Positions 27,767 through 38,396 are shown, counted from the first letter of the stretch. The stretch is 64,000 bases of DNA from Verrucomicrobiia bacterium (GCA_963664225.1 OY760937.1:3680001-3744000); one strand, 5' to 3'. Notes: a model not told the origin generated them from the letters alone. Program-made: numbers and translations.

Positions 27767-29293
27767 ATGCTGCCGATACCAACACAAAAAACAACACATG
27801 GGGGCGAGGATCGGACTTCGTACAGGCAGATAATAAAATCCACCGCCATCATCGGCGGTTCCTCAGTGATTGTCATTATTCTTGGAGCCATTCGCAATAA
27901 ATTGCTCGCGGTCATGGCCGGCACGGAGGGCTACGGGCTGTATGGCAATTATGATATTATTGTTTCCATGGGCTACGCGGTGGCGAGCCTGGGAATTGGG
28001 ATGAGTGGGGTGCGGCAAATATCCGAGGCGGTGGGCAGTGGCGATCAGGTCAAGGTTGCCGGAACGATCGCTGCGGTGCGAAAGGCGGCGTTGTATTTGG
28101 GGATCATTGGGACGGTTCTTTTTTACCTGTTCCACCGGCAAATCTGCCAATTCACCTTTGGCAATTACGACCATGCCCAACCGGTGGCCATATTGTCGTT
28201 GACGATGTTTTTCAGTCTGATCTGCATTGGGCAAAAGGCGCTTTTAAACGGCCTGCGGCGGATCGTGGAACTTGCCAAGATGAACATCTACGGATCCGCG
28301 ATTGGAACCGTGGTCAGCATTCCGATCATTTATTATTATGGGATTTCCGGGGTGGCGTGGTATGTCGTGGCGATGGCGCTGATCAACATGGTAACCGCCT
28401 GGTGGCTGGCGCGAGGCATCGAGATTCCGGTTGTTCAGTTGAGCAGGAAAGACATGAATCTGGAGATTCAAAGTTTGCTCAAGCTGGGTGTGGTGTTGAT
28501 TTCGGCAACACTGATGTCCACCGGGGCGGCACTGTTGGTGCGTGTCCTGGTGACGCGGCAACTCGGGCTCGATGCGGCGGGCTTGTTTCACGCCTCGTCC
28601 ACCTTGTCCCTGCTGTATGTGGGATTCGTGTTGCAGGCCATGGGAACGGACTTTTATCCCCGGCTGACGGGGATAGCCAAGGATCATGTCGAGTGCAACC
28701 GGATGGTGAACGAGCAGGTGGAGATATCGGTGTTGATCGCCATTCCAGGGATTGTGGCCACAATGATTTTGTCTCCCATTGTCATTGAATTATTTTATTC
28801 GAAGACGTTCCTGCCGATGATGGATTTGCTCCGGTGGCAATTGCTGGGCGTGGTGCTGCGCATCGTGACCTGGCCGCTGGGTTACATCCTCCTGGCAAAG
28901 GGGGCGGCGAAGACCTATTTCATTTCGGAATCGGTCACCAATATCGCCTACATCCTCTTGATTGGCGTCGGGATCAAACATTTCGGTTTATCCGGGAGTG
29001 GAATGGCCTTTTTGGGAATGTATATTTTTTACATCGTATTGATCTATTTCATCGCTGCTCGCATGACTGGTTTTCGCTGGTCGTTCCAGAATATGAAATT
29101 GGCGGTGGTATTATTGCCGGTCGTGGTTCTGGCATTCCTGGTTTCCAGGTTTTGCGGCAGCCTTGTCAATGCGGTGGCTGGCAGCGCGCTGATCCTGTTG
29201 TCATTTATTTTCGTTTACCGGGAGACACGGCATCTTTTCGATCTGCGATCATTGGCGGCCAAATATTTAAAAATCGGCCAGTCGAAGGTATGA
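27767..29293 (+). CDS. wzx: O-antigen translocase (Wzx flippase), copy 1
   Basis: About 12 TM segments; SYRQIIKSTAIIGGSS, SGVRQI, MGTDFYPRLT, VNEQ.EIS. Confidence 0.9.
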   Translation: MLPIPTQKTTHGGEDRTSYRQIIKSTAIIGGSSVIVIILGAIRNKLLAVMAGTEGYGLYGNYDIIVSMGYAVASLGIGMSGVRQISEAVGSGDQVKVAGTIAAVRKAALYLGIIGTVLFYLFHRQICQFTFGNYDHAQPVAILSLTMFFSLICIGQKALLNGLRRIVELAKMNIYGSAIGTVVSIPIIYYYGISGVAWYVVAMALINMVTAWWLARGIEIPVVQLSRKDMNLEIQSLLKLGVVLISATLMSTGAALLVRVLVTRQLGLDAAGLFHASSTLSLLYVGFVLQAMGTDFYPRLTGIAKDHVECNRMVNEQVEISVLIAIPGIVATMILSPIVIELFYSKTFLPMMDLLRWQLLGVVLRIVTWPLGYILLAKGAAKTYFISESVTNIAYILLIGVGIKHFGLSGSGMAFLGMYIFYIVLIYFIAARMTGFRWSFQNMKLAVVLLPVVVLAFLVSRFCGSLVNAVAGSALILLSFIFVYRETRHLFDLRSLAAKYLKIGQSKV

Positions 29294-29351
29294 CGAAGGA
29301 TTGAGGAGAGACACGTTGCGCGAATAACTCTTTGAAGTTATTATCTAAGAT

Positions 29352-30119
29352 ATGGCGGTCGAACATCAGTATTTAAACCAACCAAGCAGCCTCAGGGTCG
29401 ATCCTCAAGCCGTTAAAACTGCCAGTAAACGAGGGACGACGTTTCATTCAATATTTGGAGGGGTGATGGGCGAGTTGTATCATGTCAAGGTGTTTCGTCC
29501 GCTTGTGCGCTGGACACTGAACAGGTTTGAGCGCGGCACCATGTTTTCGAAGACCTGGCGGGAGATTCTCTTGAAGCAATATCAGGTCAAGGTCGGCATG
29601 TACACCTACGGGGAATGCTTGAAGCCGGGCTTATTGCCTCCGGGAACGGAGATTGGCAATTATTGTTCCATCGCCAATAATTTCACGGTTTTTCGTCGTA
29701 ATCACCCTGTGGATCGCATTTCGCAACATCCGTTCTTTTACAATGTGAAGTGCGGCTTGATCAGTTACGACACTCTGGAAATCGATCTGTGCAACCCCCT
29801 GATCATCGAACACGATGTGTGGATTGGGGCTGGAACGATTATTTTGCCCAAATGTCGGCGCATTGGCACAGGAGCGGTGATTGGAGCGGGATCGGTGGTC
29901 ACCAGAGACGTGGAAAAATTCAGCATCGTGGCCGGGAATCCGGCCAAACACTTGCGAGACCGGTTTCCAACCGAAATTCAGGAAGATTTATTGATAAGCC
30001 AATGGTGGAATTTCCCGGTGGAACTGTTGATGGAGAATCTCCCGGATATGATCAAGCCAGCCGAACATGAGGCGATTGGGCGTGTGATGAGTGTGGCCGG
30101 CAAATTCAATAAGAGCTGA
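29352..30119 (+). CDS. CatB/Vat-related O-acetyltransferase
   Basis: VGMYTYG, IGNYCSIA, NHP...S.HPFF, IEHDVWIG, VAGNPAK..R.RF, QWWN. Confidence 0.9.
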   Translation: MAVEHQYLNQPSSLRVDPQAVKTASKRGTTFHSIFGGVMGELYHVKVFRPLVRWTLNRFERGTMFSKTWREILLKQYQVKVGMYTYGECLKPGLLPPGTEIGNYCSIANNFTVFRRNHPVDRISQHPFFYNVKCGLISYDTLEIDLCNPLIIEHDVWIGAGTIILPKCRRIGTGAVIGAGSVVTRDVEKFSIVAGNPAKHLRDRFPTEIQEDLLISQWWNFPVELLMENLPDMIKPAEHEAIGRVMSVAGKFNKS

Positions 30120-30128
30120 TATTTTCAA

Positions 30129-31382
30129 ATGTTTTCGAACAAAGTCAGGACAGTTGAAGACATCGTCGGATGGAGGCTTTGCCTGGGATGTGGCGCCTGC
30201 GCGTATGTGTGTCCCGAGAAAAACATTACGTTAACCGACGTTCTGGAAGAGGGAATCCGCCCCCGGATTGGAGACAGGGAAAAATGCAGGGATTGCACGG
30301 ATTGCCTGAAGGTTTGTCCCGCATGGACATTGGAAGCGGTGGATGGTGTCGCGCAAAATAACGGTTTTGCGGCGGTCCGGAAGTATTTTGGGGAAATTCT
30401 CGAAGTGTGGGAAGGGTATTCGGCGGATGAGGAGATTCGGCATCGCGGGGCTTCGGGAGGCATTCTGACGGCATTGGCTTGTCACTGTGTCGAGGCGGAG
30501 GGCATGTCCGGGGTATTACATATCGGACAGGACGACCGAAATCCCCTGGTGAACAAAACTTACTTGAGCAGAACCCGGGCGGAAATGTTGTCAAGAACAG
30601 GCTCGCGCTACGCGCCGGCCTCCGCATGCGACCGTCTGGATTTAATCGAGAAATCCGAAGACCCCTGCGTTTTCATCGGGCAGCCTTCCGAGGTTGCGGC
30701 TTATAGGAACGCGCAACGAATGCGTCCACAACTCAACGCAAAAACCGGCTTGGTGCTTTCGTTTTTTTGCGCCGGCAGTCCTTCAACCAGGGGCAATCAG
30801 GAGTTAATCAGACAGGCCGGCATCGACCCAGTAAAAGTGAAGGAGATACGCTACCGGGGGCGCGGGTGGCCGGGCAATTACGAGGTGTTTGGGAAAGAGC
30901 GGTCCACGCCTTTGTGGAGCACCACGTATCAAGACTCCTGGGCATTTCTACAGGCGTTTCGGCCTTATTCCGTGCATCTGTTTCCCGACACCAGCGGGGA
31001 ATATGCGGACATCTCGGGAGGGGACCCATGGTATCGTGAAAAGGAAGAAGGGGAGGCGGGATCCTCGTTGATTGTTGTGCGGACAGAGCGCGGGCGCGAA
31101 ATACTTCAGCGGGCCATGCGCGCAGGTCGCATTGTGGCCAGACCGGTGGGTGTTTCCGAGTTGTTGGAATCGCAAAAGAATCTCGCAGCCAAACGGAGTG
31201 CCATTTGGGGCCGGCAATTGGCATTCCAAACGATGGCCATTCCAACGACCCGTTATCGGGGTTTTGCATTGTTTGCGAGCTGGCTTGAATTGCCGACAAG
31301 CCAGAAACTGGCGTCCGTGTTTGGCACATTGCGGCGCATCGTTAAAAGAAAATATTACAAACGACATGAACTTCCCGATTAG
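30129..31382 (+). CDS. Coenzyme F420 hydrogenase/dehydrogenase beta-subunit (FrhB)-like protein with N-terminal 2x[4Fe-4S] ferredoxin domain
   Basis: CLGCGAC..VCP and CRDCTDC..VCP, GASGG, GSRY, FFCAG.PS, YRGRGWPG, ADISGGD.W, RTERG. Confidence 0.85.
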   Translation: MFSNKVRTVEDIVGWRLCLGCGACAYVCPEKNITLTDVLEEGIRPRIGDREKCRDCTDCLKVCPAWTLEAVDGVAQNNGFAAVRKYFGEILEVWEGYSADEEIRHRGASGGILTALACHCVEAEGMSGVLHIGQDDRNPLVNKTYLSRTRAEMLSRTGSRYAPASACDRLDLIEKSEDPCVFIGQPSEVAAYRNAQRMRPQLNAKTGLVLSFFCAGSPSTRGNQELIRQAGIDPVKVKEIRYRGRGWPGNYEVFGKERSTPLWSTTYQDSWAFLQAFRPYSVHLFPDTSGEYADISGGDPWYREKEEGEAGSSLIVVRTERGREILQRAMRAGRIVARPVGVSELLESQKNLAAKRSAIWGRQLAFQTMAIPTTRYRGFALFASWLELPTSQKLASVFGTLRRIVKRKYYKRHELPD

Positions 31383-31460
31383 CGCCGGAACAGTCCTGTT
31401 TTTAGCGTCGTCTGAACGTATCGTTATGAAGAGCTGCGGCCGGGTGTGGAAGACTTGTCG

Positions 31461-32339
31461 ATGGCAGATTACGGCATGAGCTTGACAACAAGTCCGATGG
31501 AAACGAGCAATCTCGTCGCAGGCGACTCGGGAGCCGCCGAGCATGCCTTTTACCAAAATGTAAACGGCGTGAATATTTTCTCGGTGGTACACAAGGCCCG
31601 GCATCCCCAAGCCCAAGCCCTGCTGATGGGATCCCATGCGATCGATCGTCCGCTCGCCTATACAGCATGGAGAAACTGGGCCCGCTATCTGGCGGACAAC
31701 GGGGTTGACGCGCTGCGCTTCGACTATCGCTGCATTGGGGAAAGCACCGGCTGTTTTGAGAAAACCGGCCTGCCGGATTGGGAGGAGGATGCCGCGGAAT
31801 TGGCGCGACGGCTGCAAGAGCAGTCTCCGGAGCTGCCGTTGTTTTTAATCGGACTTCGCTTTGGAGGATTGCTGGCGACGAGACTTTTTGCGCGGGGTGT
31901 TGGCAGCGCCATGCTGGCCTGGTCGCCCAATGCCAGCGGACGGGATGTGTTGAATGAGGCGCTGATGCTGCGCATTGCCAACGACTATGTGTTGCATAAG
32001 ATCGATTCCAGGAAGAAGCCGGAGTCCTACGTGGATAATCTCAACAACGGCGGCAGTGTCCTTATTGACGGCTATCTCATCACCAGCAAATTATGGGTCG
32101 ATTCCGCCGGTTACACCTCGGCATTGCCAGTGTTGGAGGCCAAAGCTGCCGAAAGACCGTATAAAGTTGTGCGGTTGGGGAAGAAACACAGTCCTTTGAT
32201 CTCGGGCATTGGACAATGGCAGGCGTTAAATCCCCGCGCTCGCATGGGCCACGTGCCCCTTAATCCTGATTTCAGTGAATTTTTCAGGGAAAACCTCTCA
32301 TGGATCGAAGCGACTGTTGCGCAATTGAAGAAGGGTTGA
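31461..32339 (+). CDS. Alpha/beta hydrolase-fold protein, exosortase-system hydrolase 2-like
   Basis: LRFDYRCIGES.G, nucleophile elbow GLRFGG (Arg instead of Ser), IDGY. Start uncertain (31446-31497). Confidence 0.78.
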   Translation: MADYGMSLTTSPMETSNLVAGDSGAAEHAFYQNVNGVNIFSVVHKARHPQAQALLMGSHAIDRPLAYTAWRNWARYLADNGVDALRFDYRCIGESTGCFEKTGLPDWEEDAAELARRLQEQSPELPLFLIGLRFGGLLATRLFARGVGSAMLAWSPNASGRDVLNEALMLRIANDYVLHKIDSRKKPESYVDNLNNGGSVLIDGYLITSKLWVDSAGYTSALPVLEAKAAERPYKVVRLGKKHSPLISGIGQWQALNPRARMGHVPLNPDFSEFFRENLSWIEATVAQLKKG

Positions 32340-33271
32340 CCAGAAAGCTGCTCAGCATCCGAACCGGTGGCGCTCTTTTGCAGGGCACGGTTCACCATGG
32401 TCCGGCGTTTACAAATGACCTCAGGGATCGTTGCGGTAATGAGCATCGCGTGGGTGTGCTGTTCCTGAATCCGGGATATCTGCCGCGCTCGGCCCGGGGT
32501 GATTTGTATGTGCGGATGGCGGACCAATTGGCGCGCAATGGACACCTGGTCTTTCGATTCGATCTGCCGGGGTTGGGGGACTCTTCTGGAGAACTTCCAG
32601 AAAACGTGTTGACATTTTTTGTAAAGGTGCAGACAGGACAATATGCCTCGGAGACAAGTTTGCTGGTTCAGGAAATCGTCCGGCAGTTTGGCCTGCAAAG
32701 TCTTGTTTTGGTCGGCATATGCGGCGGGGCTGTGACCGCGTTGTTTGCCGCGCAAAAATGCAGTCCAGGCACGGTGACCGGGCTGGTTTTGCTGGATCCC
32801 ACGTTCAAGACCTTTTCCGCTCAATTGCCGCCCAAGGCCCCGAAAACCGGATTCGCGAGGTTCTGGTCCGATACATGGGGCAAGTTCCTGGCGATGAATG
32901 CAAGAATTCGGGCGAAAATAGTGCGCACAGAATTTGGTGAGCGCCTGAGTGTGGCATATGCGCTGATTAAGAAAGCCGCGCGCATCCTTCTGCTCAATAA
33001 GTTGCCGGCCAACTCGAACATGGCTTTGATTCGATGCTGGCGCGATCAGGCAACCGGCGGACTGCCCATTCTGGTGTTCAACGCGGACAGCGAGGCGCGG
33101 CGGCTCGACGAATACGATTATAGCGGTTATCTGCTCAAGGGCGCCAGCCGCAACACCACCTGGGTTACCATCGAGGAAACCAATCATTCCTTTCTGGAGG
33201 GCAAAGCGCCCGAAATTCTTCAGGAGAACATCAACAAATGGTTGTCCACGCACTTCATCAATAAGGCCTGA
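32336..33271 (+). CDS. Alpha/beta hydrolase-fold protein, exosortase-system hydrolase 1-like
   Basis: FRFDLPGLGDS.G, elbow GICGGA (Cys nucleophile), C-terminal NHSF. TTG start overlaps the previous TGA; alternative ATG at 32300. Confidence 0.78.
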   Translation: MTRKLLSIRTGGALLQGTVHHGPAFTNDLRDRCGNEHRVGVLFLNPGYLPRSARGDLYVRMADQLARNGHLVFRFDLPGLGDSSGELPENVLTFFVKVQTGQYASETSLLVQEIVRQFGLQSLVLVGICGGAVTALFAAQKCSPGTVTGLVLLDPTFKTFSAQLPPKAPKTGFARFWSDTWGKFLAMNARIRAKIVRTEFGERLSVAYALIKKAARILLLNKLPANSNMALIRCWRDQATGGLPILVFNADSEARRLDEYDYSGYLLKGASRNTTWVTIEETNHSFLEGKAPEILQENINKWLSTHFINKA

Positions 33272-33639
33272 GCGCGTGAATTCGGACTGCGACCGCTCGG
33301 CTGCGGCTGGTTTTCCACGCGGTCGGGCAACAGGCCAGCCTCTTCTCATTGGGTCGGCTGCCGAATGCGGCCTATCCAATTCGTCTTTCTTCACTTTTGC
33401 CAATCTCCCACGCAGGGAGCTATTGACAACCCCATCGTTCAGATTGCAGGATTTGCTCTAAGAAACCGGGTTGGTTTTGGAGCGGTTTTGCGCGCATACG
33501 TCCCGGGACGGCAGGGATTTGCGTCTGGCGTCCCGTTATTTCGAATATAACGGCACTTGCGCGGACTGCAGGTGTTTTGAGCTTTGATTTTCAAGTGGAA
33601 GAGCTTAAGCCATCTGCGGTCCTTGGTTTCATTGCGGCT

Positions 33640-34224
33640 ATGAGTTCAAACAGTTTAGGTCGGATTCACGACAAGGCTTTGGTCGAGCCGGGCGCCGTCA
33701 TTGGAGCCGGCACTCGTGTCTGGGCGTTTGTTCACATCCTGCCAGGCGCTCGCATCGGGGCGGACTGCAATATTTGCGATCAGGTGTTCATTGAGAACGA
33801 TGTGGTGATCGGGGACCGGGTGACGATCAAATGCGGAGTGCAGGTGTGGGACGGGGTGACCATTGAGAACGATTGTTTTCTGGGTCCCAACGCGACGCTG
33901 ACGAACGACAAGGCGCCGCGGAGCAAGGTGTATCCGGAGGAATTTCGCCGGACGCTCCTGAAGCTCGGAGCGAGTGTTGGAGCCAATGCGACATTGCTAT
34001 CGGGGATTACAATTGGCCGTTGGGCGATGATCGGAGCCGGGGCGGTGGTCACGCGCGATGTGCCGGATTTTGCCTTGATTATGGGAAACCCGGGCCGGGT
34101 GCGCGGGTTTGTGTGCCGATGCTCAAGGAAGCTTGATTTCCACAATGGCGCCACGGCGCGATGCGTCTGCGGGGCCGAGTATAATCTGACGGGTTCCGAC
34201 AGGGTTGAAGAGGTGAGCCGATGA
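33640..34224 (+). CDS. Hexapeptide acyltransferase (FdtC/QdtC/WxcM N-terminal-like) with Cys-rich tail
   Basis: [27 protein letters not shown]-terminal CRC...CVC. Confidence 0.88.
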   Translation: MSSNSLGRIHDKALVEPGAVIGAGTRVWAFVHILPGARIGADCNICDQVFIENDVVIGDRVTIKCGVQVWDGVTIENDCFLGPNATLTNDKAPRSKVYPEEFRRTLLKLGASVGANATLLSGITIGRWAMIGAGAVVTRDVPDFALIMGNPGRVRGFVCRCSRKLDFHNGATARCVCGAEYNLTGSDRVEEVSR

Positions 34225-34637
34225 AATTAAATGATTGCACATTAATAAACCTGCCCAAGATTGCCGATCCGCGCGGCAATCTGACATTTATCGAGGGAAT
34301 GCGGCATATCCCATTCGATGTGAAGCGCGTGTTTTATTTGTATGATGTGCCGGGTGGCGCGGATCGCGGCGGACATGCGCTCAAATCGTGCCATCAATTT
34401 TTGATCGCGATATCCGGCAGCTTCGATGTGATTTTGCGTGACGGCAGGGAGGAGAGGCGGATTCATTTGAACCGGTCGTATTATGGATTGATCATTCCAC
34501 ACATGATCTGGCGTGAGATGGATAATTTTTCATCTGGTTCGGTCTGCCTTGTGCTGGCTTCGCATGGCTACGACGAGGCGGATTATTACAGGGATTACGA
34601 CCAGTATTTAAAAGCCATGGGTGGCAACAATAAATGA
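34221..34637 (+). CDS. fdtA: dTDP-6-deoxy-3,4-keto-hexulose isomerase (FdtA/QdtA cupin)
   Basis: [43 protein letters not shown]. Confidence 0.88.
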   Translation: MKLNDCTLINLPKIADPRGNLTFIEGMRHIPFDVKRVFYLYDVPGGADRGGHALKSCHQFLIAISGSFDVILRDGREERRIHLNRSYYGLIIPHMIWREMDNFSSGSVCLVLASHGYDEADYYRDYDQYLKAMGGNNK

Positions 34638-35734
34638 AGATACCGTTTCTGGATTTTTGCGGTCCCTATGAAGAATTGAAGGGAGAATTGGACGCGGCCT
34701 ACGAGCGGTTCATGCGCTCGGCCTGGTACATTCTGGGCAGGGAGGTGGAGGCTTTCGAGGAAGAATACGCGGCCTATTGCGGGGCGCGTTATTGCATCGG
34801 GGTGGGGAATGGCCTTGAGGCGTTGCACCTGATACTGCGCGCATGTGACATTGGTCCCGGGGATGAGGTCATTGTGCCTTCGAACACTTATATAGCGACA
34901 TGGCTTGCGGTGTCGTATTGCGGCGCTGTGCCTGTGCCGGTGGAGCCGGATCCGGTCACGCTGAATATCGATCCCGCGCGCATCGAGGCGGCGATCACTC
35001 CTCGCACCAAGGCCATCATGCCCGTCCATTTGTATGGTCAGGCGGCAGACATGGATCCGATCATGGAATTGGCCCGGAAACATCATTTAAAGGTGGTGGA
35101 GGATAATGCCCAGGCGCAGGGGGCTTTGTATAAAGGACGCAGAACGGGCGCGCTGGGCGATGCGGCGGGGAATAGTTTTTATCCCGGGAAGAACCTGGGG
35201 GCCTATGGTGATGCGGGTGCGGTGACGACGAACGACCCGCATATTGCGGATCGGGTGCGGGTTCTTCGCAATTACGGTTCGAGAGTGAAGTATCACAACG
35301 AAGTCAAAGGCTACAATTCGCGTCTGGATGAGATGCAGGCGGCGATGTTGCGGGTCAAACTCAGGCATCTGGACGCCTGGAATGCGCGGCGTCAGACGAT
35401 TGCGAAATGTTATTTCCAGGCTTTGGAGACTCGTTCAGGTATGCAATTGCCCGGGATCATGCCGGGTGCGGAATCGGTCTGGCATTTGTTTGTGGTGCGC
35501 CATTCCCGCCGCGCCGCCTTGCAGCAGTATTTGTCGTCTAAGGAAATTGGCACGATGATTCACTATCCGGTTCCTCCTCATCTTTCTGAGGCCTACAAGG
35601 AGCTGGGCTTTGCCAGGGGAAGTTTTCCGATTGCGGAAGCGTTGGCAGACACCGTATTAAGTCTGCCGATGGGACCCCATCTGAGCCAGGCCAGCGCTCT
35701 TGAGGTTGCCGCATGCGTCAATGGCGAATGGTGA
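34634..35734 (+). CDS. fdtB: DegT-family aminotransferase (FdtB/QdtB-like)
   Basis: [38 protein letters not shown]; directly after fdtA. Confidence 0.85.
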   Translation: MKIPFLDFCGPYEELKGELDAAYERFMRSAWYILGREVEAFEEEYAAYCGARYCIGVGNGLEALHLILRACDIGPGDEVIVPSNTYIATWLAVSYCGAVPVPVEPDPVTLNIDPARIEAAITPRTKAIMPVHLYGQAADMDPIMELARKHHLKVVEDNAQAQGALYKGRRTGALGDAAGNSFYPGKNLGAYGDAGAVTTNDPHIADRVRVLRNYGSRVKYHNEVKGYNSRLDEMQAAMLRVKLRHLDAWNARRQTIAKCYFQALETRSGMQLPGIMPGAESVWHLFVVRHSRRAALQQYLSSKEIGTMIHYPVPPHLSEAYKELGFARGSFPIAEALADTVLSLPMGPHLSQASALEVAACVNGEW

Positions 35735-35743
35735 CCGCATATT

Positions 35744-37255
35744 TTGAATAAAAGCGGTTCCAGTTCATATCACAGCATCCTGAGGTCGTCGGCGATTGTC
35801 GGCGCTTCGTCGGTCATTGAAATATTCTTTCGAATATTCCGGACCAAATGCATGGCGTTGCTCCTCGGCCCCGCAGGGGTTGGTCTTTTTGGGATGTTCG
35901 ATGCGTTGGCGGTGCTTGCCTCGACCATCGGCAGCGGGGGCATTGGATTCAGCGGAGTCCGGCAAATCGCTGAGTCGGCTCACGGAGCGGATGCCGGACG
36001 GACCGCCCGAATCGTGGTCGTTTTGCGCCGGCTGATTCTTATACTGGGGCTGGTTGGTGCGGTTGGGGTTCTGGTCTTCAGACGGATTCTTTGCCAGACG
36101 ACTTTTGGCAATCTCGATCATCTGGAGGCGTTCACGCTTCTGGCGGTGGCTGTGTTATTTGGCACGATCAACATCGGCCAGCGCGCAGTGGTCCAGGGCT
36201 TGCGGCGCATCAAGGAATTGGCGGTGCTGAGCATCGTGGGAGCCTTTGCCGGGAGTGTCATTGGGGTGCCCCTCGTTTATTTCATGGGGGAGAAGGGCAT
36301 TGTGCCCTGCATCCTGGCGGTCAATCTGGCAGCGGTCTTATCGGCCTGGCTCATCATTCGGCGGTTGGACCTCGGAAGCCCGCAAATATCGTTTTCGGAA
36401 GCCAGGGAACAAAGCGGCAGGATGGTTCGGCTTGGAATGGCGCTTCTGGGGGCCAGCGTCCTGACTCTGGCGGTCAATTACCTTGTTCGACTGATTGTGC
36501 TCAAAGGTCTTGGCCTGGCTGAACTGGGCTATTATCAGGCGGCATCCAATCTTTCCCTGCTCTATATTTCCTACATCTTGCAGGTCATGGGGACTGATTT
36601 TTACCCCCGGTTGACCGCCGAGGCCAGGGATCATGAAAAGTGCGTCCGCCTGGTCAACGAACAAACTGAGATCAGTATTTTGCTGGCGGTGCCGGGCCTG
36701 CTGGCGACGATGGCGTGCGCCTCGCTCATCATCAAATTGTTTTATTCGGGGAAATTCGATCTCGCCACCGGGGTGTTAAACTGGCAGGTGATGGGTTGCG
36801 TGTTGCGGGTGGCGGCATGGCCGATGGGATTTGCGTTGCTCGCGCAAGGGCGGGGCAAATTGTATTTCATAACGGAATTGGCGGCCAATTCGATGCATTT
36901 ATTTCTGGCGTGGTTGCTGATCAAATTTGTCGGATTGCCTGGTGCGGGCATGGCCTTTCTGGGGCTTTACGTTTTTTATCTGGCATTGATTTACTGGATT
37001 CTAAAGTTCACCATCGGATTCCAATGGTCCGGTCAGAACATACGCCACATGACGGCCTCGATATTCATGACAGCGGTCACATTTCTGCTGGTTACGTTGT
37101 TCAAAGACCCCATTGGGGTTGTGTTGGGCCTGGCCGCCGCTGGGGCGGCATGCGCCTATACCGTGATTCATCTGAACCGCCTTCTTCAAAAAAATGTGAT
37201 TATGATGGTGGTCAACCGGATCCGGGGCTTCATTCCAAAGATGTCAACGCAATGA
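35744..37255 (+). CDS. wzx: O-antigen translocase (Wzx flippase), copy 2
   Basis: SYHSILRSSAIVGASS, SGVRQI, MGTDFYPRLT, VNEQTEIS; TTG start. Confidence 0.88.
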   Translation: MNKSGSSSYHSILRSSAIVGASSVIEIFFRIFRTKCMALLLGPAGVGLFGMFDALAVLASTIGSGGIGFSGVRQIAESAHGADAGRTARIVVVLRRLILILGLVGAVGVLVFRRILCQTTFGNLDHLEAFTLLAVAVLFGTINIGQRAVVQGLRRIKELAVLSIVGAFAGSVIGVPLVYFMGEKGIVPCILAVNLAAVLSAWLIIRRLDLGSPQISFSEAREQSGRMVRLGMALLGASVLTLAVNYLVRLIVLKGLGLAELGYYQAASNLSLLYISYILQVMGTDFYPRLTAEARDHEKCVRLVNEQTEISILLAVPGLLATMACASLIIKLFYSGKFDLATGVLNWQVMGCVLRVAAWPMGFALLAQGRGKLYFITELAANSMHLFLAWLLIKFVGLPGAGMAFLGLYVFYLALIYWILKFTIGFQWSGQNIRHMTASIFMTAVTFLLVTLFKDPIGVVLGLAAAGAACAYTVIHLNRLLQKNVIMMVVNRIRGFIPKMSTQ

Positions 37256-37316
37256 AGTCTGTATTTCCAGCGTTCCATGGAATTCGCACCATCAGTGGCA
37301 TTGACCAATTCTTCAA

Positions 37317-38378
37317 ATGAGCGACTCTTCAAAACCGTTGGTGACTGTATTATTGCTGGGTTATAACCACGAACAGTATGTTGACGCGGCGATGAAGGCC
37401 ATTCTGGCGCAAACATACTCCCCGCTTGAAGTCATCGCCTCCGACGATGGTTCCAGAGATCGCACCGCTGACATCATGGCGTCCATCGCCAGCGGTTACC
37501 ACGGGGATAAGAAGATCATTCTCAACCGGAATCCAAAGCCCAATGGCATTGGCGGTCACATCGATATCCTCATGAAAATGGCCTCCGGTGAGTTTATCGT
37601 GGTTGCCGCCGCCGACGATATTTCGATGCCGGAGCGCGTTGCAGAGTTGCTTGCCGCATGGGAAGCCTCGGATCGAAAAGCCACCTCGATCTATTCTGAG
37701 TTCACCACCATCAACGCGGAAGGGACAATCACGCCTCCCACTGGGGAAGCTCCCCAGTACACGGGGGCCGTGGTTGAGCGGCCTGGAACGCTGGCCGGAT
37801 ATTTGAAAACGATTCAACCCATGGTGTGGGGCTGCACCCATGCCTGGTCTCCGAAGCTGTTTTCATTTTTTGGACCATTGACCCGGGACACGAATTATGA
37901 GGATGTCGCACTGAGCTTCCGATCTTTGGCAATCGGGAAAATACTGCGCATCGACAAGCCGTTGGTTTATTACCGCCGTCACGATGCGAACATGAGCACT
38001 ACCGGGAACAATCCCCCCGTGAGTGACCCCAGGCAAATCGATGTTTATGATCGATTGGAGGAGACGCATATCAAGCGCAGCATCGGAGTGTACCAGGGCT
38101 TCAGGCGCGACTTGGAAGTATTGTTTGCGAAACAAGGCGTAAACGAAACGGAATACGCTGAGCTTTCCCGGCTGGCGGATGGAAAACAGGCCTTTTTCGA
38201 GGCTCGATTGAAGATGATGACCGGCGGATTGAGAGAGCGCATCGCGGCCTGTCCCACCGTCATCGCGGCTGATGAACCCCTCCAACTCAAACTCAAAGAT
38301 GCCATGCGAGTTTTGCCAAGACCCCTGTACAAGCAAGTCTGGTTAATGAAGAATCGAATCAAAAGCGTGTTCGATTGA
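37317..38378 (+). CDS. Glycosyltransferase family 2
   Basis: YNHEQY, QTY, SDDGSRD, AADDIS, YED, YYRRH. Confidence 0.9.
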   Translation: MSDSSKPLVTVLLLGYNHEQYVDAAMKAILAQTYSPLEVIASDDGSRDRTADIMASIASGYHGDKKIILNRNPKPNGIGGHIDILMKMASGEFIVVAAADDISMPERVAELLAAWEASDRKATSIYSEFTTINAEGTITPPTGEAPQYTGAVVERPGTLAGYLKTIQPMVWGCTHAWSPKLFSFFGPLTRDTNYEDVALSFRSLAIGKILRIDKPLVYYRRHDANMSTTGNNPPVSDPRQIDVYDRLEETHIKRSIGVYQGFRRDLEVLFAKQGVNETEYAELSRLADGKQAFFEARLKMMTGGLRERIAACPTVIAADEPLQLKLKDAMRVLPRPLYKQVWLMKNRIKSVFD

Positions 38379-38396
38379 TTGCGCTCTGGCGACGCC

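Noticed and set aside
29352..30119. Possible chloramphenicol/streptogramin resistance gene
   Set aside because: CatB-like fold, but its position inside a glycan locus favours sugar O-acetylation
30129..31382. Evidence for F420 hydrogenase or methanogen-type metabolism
   Set aside because: No alpha/gamma subunits or maturation genes; context is polysaccharide biosynthesis
32111..33403. 430-aa minus-strand ORF
   Set aside because: Antisense to the two hydrolase genes, which have clear motifs and operon coupling
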